This document shows positions 23,510-34,154 of a DNA stretch of 64,000 bases, one piece after another. Source of the DNA: Oscillospiraceae bacterium. Its GTDB lineage: Bacteria > Bacillota > Clostridia > Oscillospirales > Ruminococcaceae. Each line of letters begins with the position of its first letter. Position 1 is the first letter of the stretch. Under the pieces are notes generated by a model, which was given only the letters and a program-made list of their open reading frames with translations, was not told the origin of the DNA and ran no database searches. The DNA is taken from assembly GCA_045121595.1 (NCBI GenBank), contig JBGVGI010000003.1, forward strand, positions 63,610-127,609. Direction: 5' to 3'. Both the position numbers and the translations under genes were made by a program.

Positions 23510-26500
23510 TTAGTCCTCCCTTTTCACAGCAAGTGTTGTCTTTTCGCCGTTGATATCCCATTCCATAACAAAGCCGTCAGTTTCGCCGATAACGATGTTA
23601 TTTGCTAAAACGTCACCTTTGATTTCGTCAGCGTAAGCGTTAAGGATTTCTGCTACCTTGTCACTGCCATTTGCATAGACGGTGATGCGGTCCATAACGT
23701 CAAATCCTGCTTCTTTACGCATCGACTGGATTTTACTGATAATTTCTCTTACGAAGCCTTCTTTGATAAGCTCGTCGGTAAGACGGGTATCGAGTACCAC
23801 TGTGATACCGCGGTCAGTAAGAGTTGTGTATCCTTCAATCTGTGAAGTTTCGATAAGCAAATCTTCTTCGGCAAGTTTAATTTCGCCGTCGGAAAGTGTT
23901 ACTGTAATTTCGCCGTTTGCATCAAGCTCTTTTTTAGCCTTAGAGCCGTCGAGATTTGCCAATACTTCCCTGATTTCGTTGATTTTAGGACCAAACTTAC
24001 GTCCCAAAGTCTTAAGCTGAGGTTTAAAGGAGTAGGAAACGAAGTCACCTGTATTCTCAACAAAGGAAAGCTCCTTAATATTAAGCTCGTCTAAAACGAT
24101 ATCGCGGTAGATTTCGTCAAGAGGAGTTTCAGCCTTAACAGCCATATGAGAAAGAGGCTGACGGTTTTTGCGGTTGGAAGTATTTCTTGCGGCACGACCC
24201 AAAGTTACAATCTGCAAAACTTCTTCCATATCGCTTTCAAGCTTCTTGTCAATCAAAGCTTCATCTGCTACGGGGTAATCGCAAAGGTGGATACTTTCGG
24301 GAGCAGATTTATCAAGACTGCAAACCAAGTTTCTGTAGATTTCCTCTGTCATAAAGGGAATCATCGGAGCTGCAACCTTACAGAGAGTAACGAGTGCAGT
24401 GTAGAGAGTGAGGTAAGCGTTAATCTTATCCTCAGTAAGCTCCTGAACCCAGAAACGTTCGCGGTTTCTTCTTACGTACCAGTTACTCATTTCGTCTGCA
24501 AATTCCTGCAAAGCACGTGCGGCATCAGGAATGCGGTAGTTTTCGAGGTGGTCGTCAACTTCCTTAACAAGGCTGTTGAGTTTTGAAAGCAACCACTTAT
24601 CCATTACGTTTAAAGTATCCTTGTTGAGAGTATACTTCGTAGCGTCGAATTTATCAATATTTGCGTACAAAACAAAGAATGCGTAGGTATTCCACAATGT
24701 AGAAAGGAACTTTCTCTGTCCTTCCTGAACTGCCTTGCCGTAGAAACGGTTGGGAAGCCAGGGAGCGGAGTTTGAGTAGAAATACCAACGGATAGAGTCT
24801 GCACCGTAGGTTTCGAGTGCGTCAAACGGGTCAACTGCGTTGCCTTTTGACTTACTCATCTTCTGTCCGTTTTCGTCCTGAACGTGGCCTAAAACGATAA
24901 CGTTTTCGTAAGGTGCTTTATTGAAAATCAAAGTGGAAATTGCAAGGAGTGAGTAGAACCATCCTCTTGTCTGGTCAACTGCTTCCGAGATAAACTGTGC
25001 GGGGAACTGAGCCTCAAAGAGGTCCTTGTTCTCGAAAGGATAATGGTGCTGAGCAAAAGGCATAGCACCCGAGTCAAACCAACAGTCGATAACTTCGGGA
25101 ACACGTTTCATCTGCTTACCACATTCGGGACAGGTGATGGTAACGGCATCCACGAAGGGACGGTGAAGCTCAATATCATCGGGACAGTTCGGGGACATTG
25201 ACTTGAGTTCCTCGATACTGCCGATAGAATGGCGGTGACCGCATTCACATTCCCACACGTTTAAGGGAGTACCCCAGTAACGGTTACGGCTAATGCCCCA
25301 GTCCTGAACGTTTTCAAGCCAGTCGCCGAAACGTCCTTTACCGATACTTTCGGGAATCCAGTTGATTGTATTGTTATTTTTGATAAGGTCGTCCTTAACG
25401 TCGGTCATCTTGATAAACCAGGATTCACGAGCGTAGTAGATAAGGGGAGTATCACATCTCCAGCAGAAAGGATAGCTATGCTCAAACTTGGGAGCATCAA
25501 ACAAAAGTCCACGTTTGTCAAGGTCTTTAAGCACTTCGGGGTCTGCATCCTTTACAAACATTCCTGCAAAGGGTGTGTCCTCTGTCATATGACCGCTTCC
25601 GTCAACAAGCTGAACGAAAGGCATATCGTATTTTCTGCCGACTCTTGCGTCGTCTTCACCGAATGCAGGAGCCTGATGAACGACACCTGTACCGTCTGTC
25701 AGAGTTACGTAGTTATCGCAAAGCACGTAGAACGCTTTTTTGTGCTGACGTTCTGCATGAGGAACTGCACAGTCAAAAAGCGGCTCGTACTCTTTGTATT
25801 CCATATCTTTACCAAGGAAGGTTTCGATAACTTCGTAAGCAGGAGTACCTGCTTCCTTGTCAGCGAGTTTTGAGAGCACTGTATCAAGCAAAGCTTCAGC
25901 CATATAGTAAGTATAGCCGTCAGCAGCTTTAACTTTTGCGTAAGTTTCGTCGGGGTTTACACAGAGTGCAACGTTTGAAGGCAAAGTCCAGGGAGTTGTA
26001 GTCCATGCAAGGATATAAGCGTCCTCGTCTTTAACCTTAAATCTTGCGATAGCGGAACGTTCTTTTACGTCTTTATAGCCCTGAGCTACCTCGTGGCTTG
26101 AAAGCGGTGTACCACAACGGGGGCAGTAAGGCACGATTTTAAAGCCTTTGTATAAAAGACCTTTGTCCCAGATCTGTTTTAATGCCCACCATTCGGACTC
26201 GATAAAGTTGTTATCGTAAGTTACGTAAGGATCGTCCATATCTGCCCAGAAACCAACAGTCTGTGAGAAATCCTCCCACATACCTTTATATTTCCAGACA
26301 CTTTCTTTACATTTTGCGATAAAAGGTTCAAGACCGTAAGCTTCAATCTGTTCCTTGCCGTTGATACCAAGGAGTTTTTCAACCTCAAGCTCAACGGGGA
26401 GACCGTGGGTATCCCAACCTGCTTTTCTTGGAACTTTGTAACCTTTCATAGTGCGGTAACGGGGAATCATATCCTTGATAACCCTTGTTAAAACGTGACC

Positions 26501-26668
26501 GATATGAGGCTTTCCGTTAGCGGTGGGAGGGCCGTCATAAAACATATAGGTCGGGCAGTCTTTTCTGTCCTCGATACTCTTTTCAAAAATGTGGTTTTCA
26601 CGCCAGAACTCTTCAATTTTCTTTTCACGTTCTGTGAAATTCAAATTTGTCGAAACCTTCTCGTACAT
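23510..26668 (-). CDS. ileS: Isoleucyl-tRNA synthetase (long, type 2-like)
   Basis: [28 protein letters not shown]; 1052 aa from ATG 26668. Confidence 0.98.
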   Translation of the reverse strand: MYEKVSTNLNFTEREKKIEEFWRENHIFEKSIEDRKDCPTYMFYDGPPTANGKPHIGHVLTRVIKDMIPRYRTMKGYKVPRKAGWDTHGLPVELEVEKLLGINGKEQIEAYGLEPFIAKCKESVWKYKGMWEDFSQTVGFWADMDDPYVTYDNNFIESEWWALKQIWDKGLLYKGFKIVPYCPRCGTPLSSHEVAQGYKDVKERSAIARFKVKDEDAYILAWTTTPWTLPSNVALCVNPDETYAKVKAADGYTYYMAEALLDTVLSKLADKEAGTPAYEVIETFLGKDMEYKEYEPLFDCAVPHAERQHKKAFYVLCDNYVTLTDGTGVVHQAPAFGEDDARVGRKYDMPFVQLVDGSGHMTEDTPFAGMFVKDADPEVLKDLDKRGLLFDAPKFEHSYPFCWRCDTPLIYYARESWFIKMTDVKDDLIKNNNTINWIPESIGKGRFGDWLENVQDWGISRNRYWGTPLNVWECECGHRHSIGSIEELKSMSPNCPDDIELHRPFVDAVTITCPECGKQMKRVPEVIDCWFDSGAMPFAQHHYPFENKDLFEAQFPAQFISEAVDQTRGWFYSLLAISTLIFNKAPYENVIVLGHVQDENGQKMSKSKGNAVDPFDALETYGADSIRWYFYSNSAPWLPNRFYGKAVQEGQRKFLSTLWNTYAFFVLYANIDKFDATKYTLNKDTLNVMDKWLLSKLNSLVKEVDDHLENYRIPDAARALQEFADEMSNWYVRRNRERFWVQELTEDKINAYLTLYTALVTLCKVAAPMIPFMTEEIYRNLVCSLDKSAPESIHLCDYPVADEALIDKKLESDMEEVLQIVTLGRAARNTSNRKNRQPLSHMAVKAETPLDEIYRDIVLDELNIKELSFVENTGDFVSYSFKPQLKTLGRKFGPKINEIREVLANLDGSKAKKELDANGEITVTLSDGEIKLAEEDLLIETSQIEGYTTLTDRGITVVLDTRLTDELIKEGFVREIISKIQSMRKEAGFDVMDRITVYANGSDKVAEILNAYADEIKGDVLANNIVIGETDGFVMEWDINGEKTTLAVKRED

Positions 26669-26699
26669 ACTAATCCTCCTAAAATTATGGGTACAGGTA

Positions 26700-26930
26700 A
26701 AAATAAATTCCCTCATCCGTACAGGACGAAGGAAACTTCTTAAACCACCTATACAACATACAATAAATATGTCTCCCCGCTAACGGTGGGATTCCGTCAA
26801 CACTTACTTATTTTCAGTGCGAAACTCGGGAGTGATTTTCACAAAATCCGCTACTCGTACCGGGCTTCCACCATCCCCGATTCGCTTTGACTTTCGCTGG
26901 AAAGCTACTGTCTCCGTCAACGTCTTTACA
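26700..26930 (-). promoter_or_regulatory. T-box riboswitch (Ile), transcription attenuation type
   Basis: Stem I AGCGA/GGTGGAA motifs, AUC specifier (26834-26836), antiterminator UAUAGG-UGGU.../CCUGUA, and an 11-bp terminator at 26708-26734 with U-tail. Confidence 0.85.
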
Positions 26931-26941
26931 TTCTTACTCTA

Positions 26942-26970
26942 AGAGTACCACTTTTTAAAGAAAATGTCAA
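26942..26970 (-). promoter_or_regulatory. SigA promoter of the ileS leader
   Basis: TTGACA-17 nt-TACTCT. Confidence 0.75.
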
Positions 26971-27004
26971 GAGTTTCCTCACCACAAGGCAAGGAAACCC
27001 TCAA

Positions 27005-27769
27005 TTAATCAAGTGTATTAAGATAATCTATACTCTGTTTTGAGTAATCAAGACTCACACGACCTGAGTTTTCGCATTCGACTACCATCATAACGCCGTT
27101 TTTTATTGCCCAGTCGTGGATAGCCTTTATATCGGTTTCGCCATACCCGACGGGACGGTCTTCAACGCCAACGCGGTGATTTCCGAAATAAAAATCTTTT
27201 TCCTTGCAAGCAATACCGTCTTTAAGATGGAGAAATCTCACTCTGTCTTTGTATTTGTTTAAAAACTCAATGGTGTCAATTCTTGCGTTATAAAGCCAGA
27301 AAGTATCGACTTCAAGTTCCATCTCGGTTTTGGTAAGAACGTCTTCTGCAAAGGTAGTACCGTCATCCACCTTCAAAAACTCACCATCGTGGTTATGAAA
27401 AGCAAAATGCATACCGATTGCCTTAAGCCTTTTATCTATATCGTTGAATTTTGCGATAAGGTCTTTCTTTTTCTCAGGTGTTGACCAGTCACAACAAGGA
27501 ATGATAAATGTATCACAACCGAGTATTTTGTGAAAAGCAACCGTTTCGTCAAATTTATCGGGCAAAAGGACATCTTCGTGAAGGTGGGCTGCTGAACATT
27601 TCACCCCGTACTTATCCATAAAGCCTTTTATTTCTTCGGCGGTATGGCCGTGATATTCACAAAACTCAACGTATTTGTAACCCATTTGAGCAACGGCTCT
27701 GATACCCTCTTCAAGTGAAGTTTCGCTTACATAATCTTCTACCGAATAAAGCTGTATACTGTAATCCAT
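27005..27769 (-). CDS. Sugar phosphate isomerase/epimerase (xylose-isomerase-like TIM barrel)
   Basis: FHNHDGEF, LEVDTFW, LHLKD, VVECE metal motifs. Confidence 0.85.
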   Translation of the reverse strand: MDYSIQLYSVEDYVSETSLEEGIRAVAQMGYKYVEFCEYHGHTAEEIKGFMDKYGVKCSAAHLHEDVLLPDKFDETVAFHKILGCDTFIIPCCDWSTPEKKKDLIAKFNDIDKRLKAIGMHFAFHNHDGEFLKVDDGTTFAEDVLTKTEMELEVDTFWLYNARIDTIEFLNKYKDRVRFLHLKDGIACKEKDFYFGNHRVGVEDRPVGYGETDIKAIHDWAIKNGVMMVVECENSGRVSLDYSKQSIDYLNTLD

Positions 27770-27773
27770 TTTA

Positions 27774-28550
27774 TTACTCCTCGAGTGTTTTAAGATAGTC
27801 TATGCACTGTTTACTGCAATAAAGTCCCGACGGCTCACGGTTTTCACATTCAATTATCATAGGAACATTGTTTTTTATTGCCCACTCACGGATAGCCTTG
27901 ATATCATTTTCGCCATATCCCACGGGACGATGTTCAACACCAATACGATGTTTACCGAAAATCATTTCCTCTTCCTTACAGGAAATGCCGTCTTTGATAT
28001 GCAAAACTCTTATTCTGTCTTTGTATTTGTTAAGGAAATCTATGGTGTCAATCCTTGCGTTGAAAGTCCAGAAGGTATCAACTTCAAGTTCGATTGATGA
28101 ACGGTTCAAAACGTCATCGGCAAATACGATATTGTATCCCGTTTTCATAAACTCCGAGTCATGGTTGTGGTACGCTAAATGCATACCTTCACTTTCGAGT
28201 CTTTTCTGCCATTTTGCAAAATTTTCTATGAGTTCGTCGCGTTTTTCGGGAGTTGACCAGTCACATCCAGGGATGATCAAGGTATCACAACCGATTGCCT
28301 TGTGAAATCTTATGGTTTCGTCGATTTTTTCTTCCTCAAACCAGGGGGTACCTGTATGAGCGCCCGATACTTTAAGGTCGTATTCTTCGAGAAAGCTTTT
28401 TATCTCCTCAGCAGTATGTCCGTAATATCCGCAAAACTCAACGTATTTGTAACCGAGTTTTGCCACCTCGCAAAGCACCTCCTTATAGGGTCTTTGCTTT
28501 GCCACATCTTCTACAGAGCACATCTGCAGACCGTATTCTGTCTTAGTCAT
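27774..28550 (-). CDS. Sugar phosphate isomerase/epimerase, tandem paralog
   Basis: YHNHDSEF, LEVDTFW, LHIKD, IIECE. ATG 28550 follows GGAGG. Confidence 0.85.
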   Translation of the reverse strand: MTKTEYGLQMCSVEDVAKQRPYKEVLCEVAKLGYKYVEFCGYYGHTAEEIKSFLEEYDLKVSGAHTGTPWFEEEKIDETIRFHKAIGCDTLIIPGCDWSTPEKRDELIENFAKWQKRLESEGMHLAYHNHDSEFMKTGYNIVFADDVLNRSSIELEVDTFWTFNARIDTIDFLNKYKDRIRVLHIKDGISCKEEEMIFGKHRIGVEHRPVGYGENDIKAIREWAIKNNVPMIIECENREPSGLYCSKQCIDYLKTLEE

Positions 28551-28635
28551 TATATCGCCTCCAATATATTTTAAGTATACCAAACTGAATGTAAATGTCA
28601 ATAAAAAATCCGCAGAAAAACCTGCGGATTTAATA

Positions 28636-31173
28636 CTATACCAGTATGTCAAAAAGAGAGCTCATATTGTTAAGATAACGGTTTATCTGGATAATATCTT
28701 CGTTGCCGACAGTGGGTCCGGGGGTGTTAATGCCCGAAATATTGCCGACTTGCTCAAGATAGTAAAACTCATCTGTGTCGAAGACGCTGCGAAGGTTTGC
28801 AAGCTTTCGGTTCATCTGCATTACGTCAAGGTTGTTGATGATGCCGTCACCCGTCACGTCGCCGTAAAGCAGAATCTCAACGTTTTTCGTAACGTTATCA
28901 TCTTCGACGTATACGTTGTACCGTCTGCTGCAATGCTTTGCATCAAAGTACTTTGTCTTGTAAACTATCACGCTGTAGCTGCCGCTGTCAAGACCATCGA
29001 ACGAGTAGGTATTAACGTTGCCTTTAAACTTCTGATTTGTTATGAGTGCACCGTCTTTAAGGAGTTCGACTGTAACGGTTTCATTCTTGTCGCCGTGGCA
29101 TTTTACAGTACCTGAAATTGAAAAACCTTCTTTTTCGGTTGCAAAACAAACAGTTACACCGTTTAAATCTTCGTTTAATAAAACCTCATTCCACTCGTCC
29201 TCAGTGCCCTGATAGTATATATGTGATAACAAACCGCAGTTTTCAAAAGCACCCTTATCAATGCGTAAAACAGTTGCGGGAATGGTAATTTCCGTCATAA
29301 GATAACATCCGTCAAATGCACCTTCATTGATAGCCGTGATACCTTCTTTAATATCGCATTTTTCTATATACTCAGGATATGACTTAAAACCGCAGTCGGA
29401 ACAAATTTCGCCCTCGCCACTTATAATAAGTGTTCCGTCAACACCTGTTTCCCAGCTTACACCGTTACAGGCTTCTTCGGAGGCAGGGCGTGTTTCAAAA
29501 TGGAACACGGCTTCATCGAGAGCATCGTTTGACCTGCCGACAATAACCCTTTCCCATTCGCTTTCCGTACCCTTGTAATAAACGTTTTTAAGTGACACAT
29601 TACTGAAAGCACTTTCATCAAGCATTTCAAGGCTGTTGGGCAAGGTGATTTCAGCAAGGCCTGTCGAGGTAAAGGCACAACTGCCTATTGTCCTGACACC
29701 ATCGGGAATAACAATCTCATAATTTCCCCAAAGGTAATAGAAAGCATAATCGCCGATGTGCTCTACCTTTCTGCCCGTGGGGATTTCAAAGCCGTTACAT
29801 GCAGTAACGAGGGTTTTCGTTGCCTTTTCAACGATGCAGTTGCCATCGGAAAAATAGTATTCGTTGTCAGCATCCACCGTCAGGCTTTCAAGCGAGGTAC
29901 AGTCGTCGAATACGCGCTCCCCGATCCATTTGACATTTTTGGGGATTTCGACGTTTGTAAGAGATCTGCAACGGTGAAAAACAAAATCCTCGATGATTTC
30001 AACGCTCTCGGGAATCTCAATAAAAGCAAGGTCAAGGCAGTCATAGAACAAATCGGTCTCCAGCACCTTAAGATTTTTGGGTAATCTGACGCTCTTAAGG
30101 TTGTAGCAGTTTTTAAAAGCGCCGTAACCGATTTTTGTAACGTTGTCGGGGATATCTATTGTAGTGATATAGGTATCATAGAATGCGCGGTCACCGATTT
30201 CCTTAAGGGTATCGGGCAAGGTTACCTTGCCAAGCCACCCGATACCGTCAAAGGTATAATCACCGACAGAAGTAATGCCTTCATTGATTATACATTCTTT
30301 TATTTCTTGTCCGTATTCCACAAAGCCACATTCTTCGCAAAGCTCGCCCTCACCACTTATTTCGAGGATACCTTTGCCGTAAATTTCCCAGCTTATATCG
30401 GGGTTATACTCACAACCACCCGACGCAATGTAGCAAATGGGGTTGCTCATTACTCTTTCATACTCGTACATTAAATATAAAAGCTCAGAGTTCGGAACAT
30501 CCATAAATTCAACATCGGAAAAAGCATAAACCGAGCTCAGAAGTGCTTTGGCGTTATATTTTTCTGCCAGTTCTTCATCGAAAACATCGTCCTTAAAACT
30601 TCCGTCTTCATTGAAAAACGCAGCGACATCATCATAACAAAGCTCCATATCCCAAAGCAGATTATATCGGTAATCGCCAAAGTATCCATCAGTTGTCACA
30701 TCGGCAGAAGTGTTGTAGACTTCTTCCCATATACACGCGAGATCTTCAATGTCGTAATGACTAAGTTCGTCTTCATCTGAAGCGATAATTTCCCTGACAA
30801 AATCCTCAAACTCCTCAAGCCAGCGGTCATCAAAATCCTCTATGACGTAGTCGCACATATAGATTTTGCCGTAGTCTGCCCCTGAGGTATAATCATAGCT
30901 TTCAGGTGCAGTCTCAAGTTCGCCGAAAACAATATTTTCGCAAAATGTCTTAAGCTCTTTTGCGGTAGTGATCTGAACAGTATGACTCTCGGTTATTCCG
31001 TTACGAAGGTAAGGCTGGGTAACGAAAATTGAGTCGTCTTTGTCTTTTATCTCAACTCTTGCAGCAAGGTAATCACCTTTGAAAGCAACATCCTCCGAAG
31101 CTATAGCTGTCATTCCGTTAAAAGCAGTAAGAACAATGATAAGTGATAAAACTAAACTTAAAATCTTTTTCAT
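28636..31173 (-). CDS. Secreted BspA-type (LRR_5) leucine-rich-repeat protein with Cna-B-like domain and C-terminal dockerin-like module
   Basis: Signal peptide MKKILSLVLSLIIVLTAFNG, repeats like LPDTLKEIGDRAF..., and LLYGDVTGDGIINNLDV. Confidence 0.85.
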   Translation of the reverse strand: MKKILSLVLSLIIVLTAFNGMTAIASEDVAFKGDYLAARVEIKDKDDSIFVTQPYLRNGITESHTVQITTAKELKTFCENIVFGELETAPESYDYTSGADYGKIYMCDYVIEDFDDRWLEEFEDFVREIIASDEDELSHYDIEDLACIWEEVYNTSADVTTDGYFGDYRYNLLWDMELCYDDVAAFFNEDGSFKDDVFDEELAEKYNAKALLSSVYAFSDVEFMDVPNSELLYLMYEYERVMSNPICYIASGGCEYNPDISWEIYGKGILEISGEGELCEECGFVEYGQEIKECIINEGITSVGDYTFDGIGWLGKVTLPDTLKEIGDRAFYDTYITTIDIPDNVTKIGYGAFKNCYNLKSVRLPKNLKVLETDLFYDCLDLAFIEIPESVEIIEDFVFHRCRSLTNVEIPKNVKWIGERVFDDCTSLESLTVDADNEYYFSDGNCIVEKATKTLVTACNGFEIPTGRKVEHIGDYAFYYLWGNYEIVIPDGVRTIGSCAFTSTGLAEITLPNSLEMLDESAFSNVSLKNVYYKGTESEWERVIVGRSNDALDEAVFHFETRPASEEACNGVSWETGVDGTLIISGEGEICSDCGFKSYPEYIEKCDIKEGITAINEGAFDGCYLMTEITIPATVLRIDKGAFENCGLLSHIYYQGTEDEWNEVLLNEDLNGVTVCFATEKEGFSISGTVKCHGDKNETVTVELLKDGALITNQKFKGNVNTYSFDGLDSGSYSVIVYKTKYFDAKHCSRRYNVYVEDDNVTKNVEILLYGDVTGDGIINNLDVMQMNRKLANLRSVFDTDEFYYLEQVGNISGINTPGPTVGNEDIIQINRYLNNMSSLFDILV

Positions 31174-31188
31174 AATTTCCTCCACTTC

Positions 31189-33960
31189 TTATACCAGTCT
31201 GTCAAAAACAGAGCTCATATTGTTAAGATAACGGTTTATCTGGATAACGTCGGCATTGTTAACAACAGTATCCGTACCGGCAATTGACGTAACGTTTGCC
31301 GCTTTTAATCTGTACGCCTTACGCTTGTCAGTATCGTTGTCAAACACCGAGCTCATATTGTTGACGTAGCGGTTTAAATGCATTATATCGGCATTACCGA
31401 GGGTACCCTCGCCCGTCACGTCGCCATAAAGCAGAATTTCAACGTCGCATCTTACGTCAGCGCCTGAAACAGTAACCTCATATTCGTTTGTGGCACACTT
31501 TGATTTTAAAACGCGCAGGGTGTAATTCCCATCATCTGTGTCTATAAAGGAATACTCACCTTTTGTTCCCGAAATGACAGTCGACTTAATCACGTTACCG
31601 TCACGCAGAAGTTCTATTTTAACGTCGTTTTCGCCCTGCCCGAAAGCCTTCACGTTGCCGTAAAGCATAGCGCCTTCACCGTCATAATAAATTCTTATAT
31701 CCTCAAGCATTTCATTATAGCGCTTGATGGTAATTTTACTCCAGTCTTCCCTCGTTCCTTTGTAATAAACAGCAGTAAGTGAGGGCAGTTCATAGAACAC
31801 CATATTATCTATATAGGTGATACTTGAGGGCAGAGTTACCTTCTTAAGGTTTTCACAATAGCAGAAAACTCCGTCTGCAAGAATTTCAACCCCTTCAGGG
31901 ATAACCAGTTCCTCAATACCCGATTCATAAAAAGCATTCATTCCTATCGACTTTACAGTGTCGGGAATTACAAGCTCCGTAAGGTCTTTGCAATATGAAA
32001 ACGCGCAGTCGCCGATTGCAGTAACCGTTCCGTCATCGGGAACAACTGTATCCGCACACCCTACAATGAGCGTTTTGGTAGTTGTTTCGATAAGTGCATT
32101 ATTCACTGCACGATACACTTCGTTTCCGCTTTCTACTTCGATTTTCTCAAGATTACATCCATAAAACGGATTCACACCGACAGAGGTAACCTGACTTGGA
32201 ATTGTAAACTCGTTAAGGCTTTCGCATTGGCAGAAAGCCATTCTGCCAATACTCACAACGGTATCAGGTATCTCAATATCAGTAAGATTGCAAGAACCAT
32301 CAAATGCATAATCACCGATACCGGTAATGCCATCACCTATAACACAGGATTTGATAAGTTCGCTGTAGGTTCGTTGCCAGCCACAGTCTTCACAGATTTC
32401 ACCGCTGCCTGTAACAGTCAGCACATTGTCAACATCCAACACCCAGTGTATATCGCCACAGTCACCGACCGCAATCGGCATCTGTGAGAAAATAAGCTGA
32501 GCATTATCAAGTCCCTCATTACCGCTACCGATAACGATATTGTCCCATTCTTCCTGTGTTCCGTTATAGTAGATATATTCAAGTTCTACCCCAATGAAGG
32601 CGTCATTACCGATTTTCTCAAGGCTGTTAGGCAGACTTATTTCGGTAAGTGCCGCCTGCTGAAAAGCATTATCCCTGATTTCGGTAACAGATTCAGGAAT
32701 ATGCATATAGTCACACAGAGCACCGCAGAAAGCACCCTTTCCGATAATTCTTACACTTCCGTCCTTTGGGATACGGGTGTAACGGCATCCTGCAACCAGA
32801 ACTTTTGTGGCTTTGTCAACTATACCTTCCGAGCACATCTCGTAATAATCGTTATCAAAATGTACGACTATCGATCCGAGTGACTCACATTTACCGAATA
32901 CAAATTCTTCGTCAATATATGAAACGTTACGGGGAATTCCTATGGATACAAGTGAACTGCAACTAAAAAATGCATTTGCATATATCGAGGTTACACTCTC
33001 AGGAATAGACACTTTAACAAGCGAAGTACACCTCTCAAACAATCCTTGTGAAATCGATTCAAGATTTTCTGACAAGGTAATCTCCTCAAGTGAACTGCAC
33101 AGGTAAAATGCGTGATTTTTAATCTCGGTAACAGAATCAGGAATGGTTATATTCCGAAGTGCAAAGCAACGGGCAAATGCCATCTCCCCGATACTTTCAA
33201 GGGTGGAGGGCAGAGAAACCTTTTTCACAAACTCAAATCTATGAAAAACGCCGTCACCGATTGCGGTAATTCCTTCACCGATTCTGAGCTCGGTTATAAT
33301 GTCCTTGTATTCATCAAAACCGCAGTTTTCACAAACTTCACCTTCACCGTTTATCTCAAGGATTCCGCCCTGATAAATACCCCATGTGATACCGGAGCAA
33401 CTGCCTGAATAGTCGGGCAAAATATCACTGCTGTACACCATAATCTCGGATAAAAATGCCCATGATTTTGCATTGAATGAAATTTTTATATAACGTGCCT
33501 TTTTAGTGCCTTTTTGCATACTGAGTGTATATACGCTGTTCTTTGGAGCATCTGCAGGAATGGATGCGAAATTGTAGGTGTAAAAAAGCTTACCGCTTTC
33601 GGAATAAGAAACTGTGATATTTCCCGTCGGGTAACCAACACCCGCATTTGCGTCGTTAAGCATTGCAACCTCAACTGCGGAAAATTCCTTAACCGCACCG
33701 AGATCCACAATCACACTAACGGTCGTACCTTCGGGTACGCCGTTAAACGCAGTCCAGTTTTCATCGGAATACTTAGCCTCACCGACGATGCCGTCTGTCA
33801 GTTCTTTTCCTGAATCGCCGTAGCTTGAATGCGGACTATGTGAAAAACTGTAATCACAGCCCAGAGCGATATTGTAAAGTGAAACTGCCGAAACTGTAAT
33901 GCCGTTTAAGGTTGTAACTGTAATGATAAGTGCTAAAATTAAACTGAGAATCTTTTTCAT
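31189..33960 (-). CDS. Secreted protein: F5/8-type C (CBM32-like) domain + BspA LRRs + Cna-B-like + dockerin-like module
   Basis: Signal peptide; ELTDG/VIVDLG/ARYIKI/LSEI discoidin motifs; many LRR_5 repeats; LLYGDVTGEGTLGNADI. Confidence 0.85.
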   Translation of the reverse strand: MKKILSLILALIITVTTLNGITVSAVSLYNIALGCDYSFSHSPHSSYGDSGKELTDGIVGEAKYSDENWTAFNGVPEGTTVSVIVDLGAVKEFSAVEVAMLNDANAGVGYPTGNITVSYSESGKLFYTYNFASIPADAPKNSVYTLSMQKGTKKARYIKISFNAKSWAFLSEIMVYSSDILPDYSGSCSGITWGIYQGGILEINGEGEVCENCGFDEYKDIITELRIGEGITAIGDGVFHRFEFVKKVSLPSTLESIGEMAFARCFALRNITIPDSVTEIKNHAFYLCSSLEEITLSENLESISQGLFERCTSLVKVSIPESVTSIYANAFFSCSSLVSIGIPRNVSYIDEEFVFGKCESLGSIVVHFDNDYYEMCSEGIVDKATKVLVAGCRYTRIPKDGSVRIIGKGAFCGALCDYMHIPESVTEIRDNAFQQAALTEISLPNSLEKIGNDAFIGVELEYIYYNGTQEEWDNIVIGSGNEGLDNAQLIFSQMPIAVGDCGDIHWVLDVDNVLTVTGSGEICEDCGWQRTYSELIKSCVIGDGITGIGDYAFDGSCNLTDIEIPDTVVSIGRMAFCQCESLNEFTIPSQVTSVGVNPFYGCNLEKIEVESGNEVYRAVNNALIETTTKTLIVGCADTVVPDDGTVTAIGDCAFSYCKDLTELVIPDTVKSIGMNAFYESGIEELVIPEGVEILADGVFCYCENLKKVTLPSSITYIDNMVFYELPSLTAVYYKGTREDWSKITIKRYNEMLEDIRIYYDGEGAMLYGNVKAFGQGENDVKIELLRDGNVIKSTVISGTKGEYSFIDTDDGNYTLRVLKSKCATNEYEVTVSGADVRCDVEILLYGDVTGEGTLGNADIMHLNRYVNNMSSVFDNDTDKRKAYRLKAANVTSIAGTDTVVNNADVIQINRYLNNMSSVFDRLV

Positions 33961-34154
33961 AATTTCCTCCTTTTTAAAGAACGGATTTGTCGGTTGTACC
34001 TACACTGCCAATATACCACTAAACTCTGAAAAAGTCAAACTGACTCTTTGCCTCATATTACCATAAAAAAACCTTTATGTCAACTCAAATGAGGTAATCT
34101 TTAATTTTCAAAATGGGTAAAATAATTTTATAAAATAATATGGGAGAAATAAGA

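Noticed and set aside
23510-26668. ileS as an acquired mupirocin-resistance gene
   Set aside because: It is T-box-controlled, embedded in a housekeeping operon, and has a normal HIGH motif; a long IleRS is usual in Clostridia.
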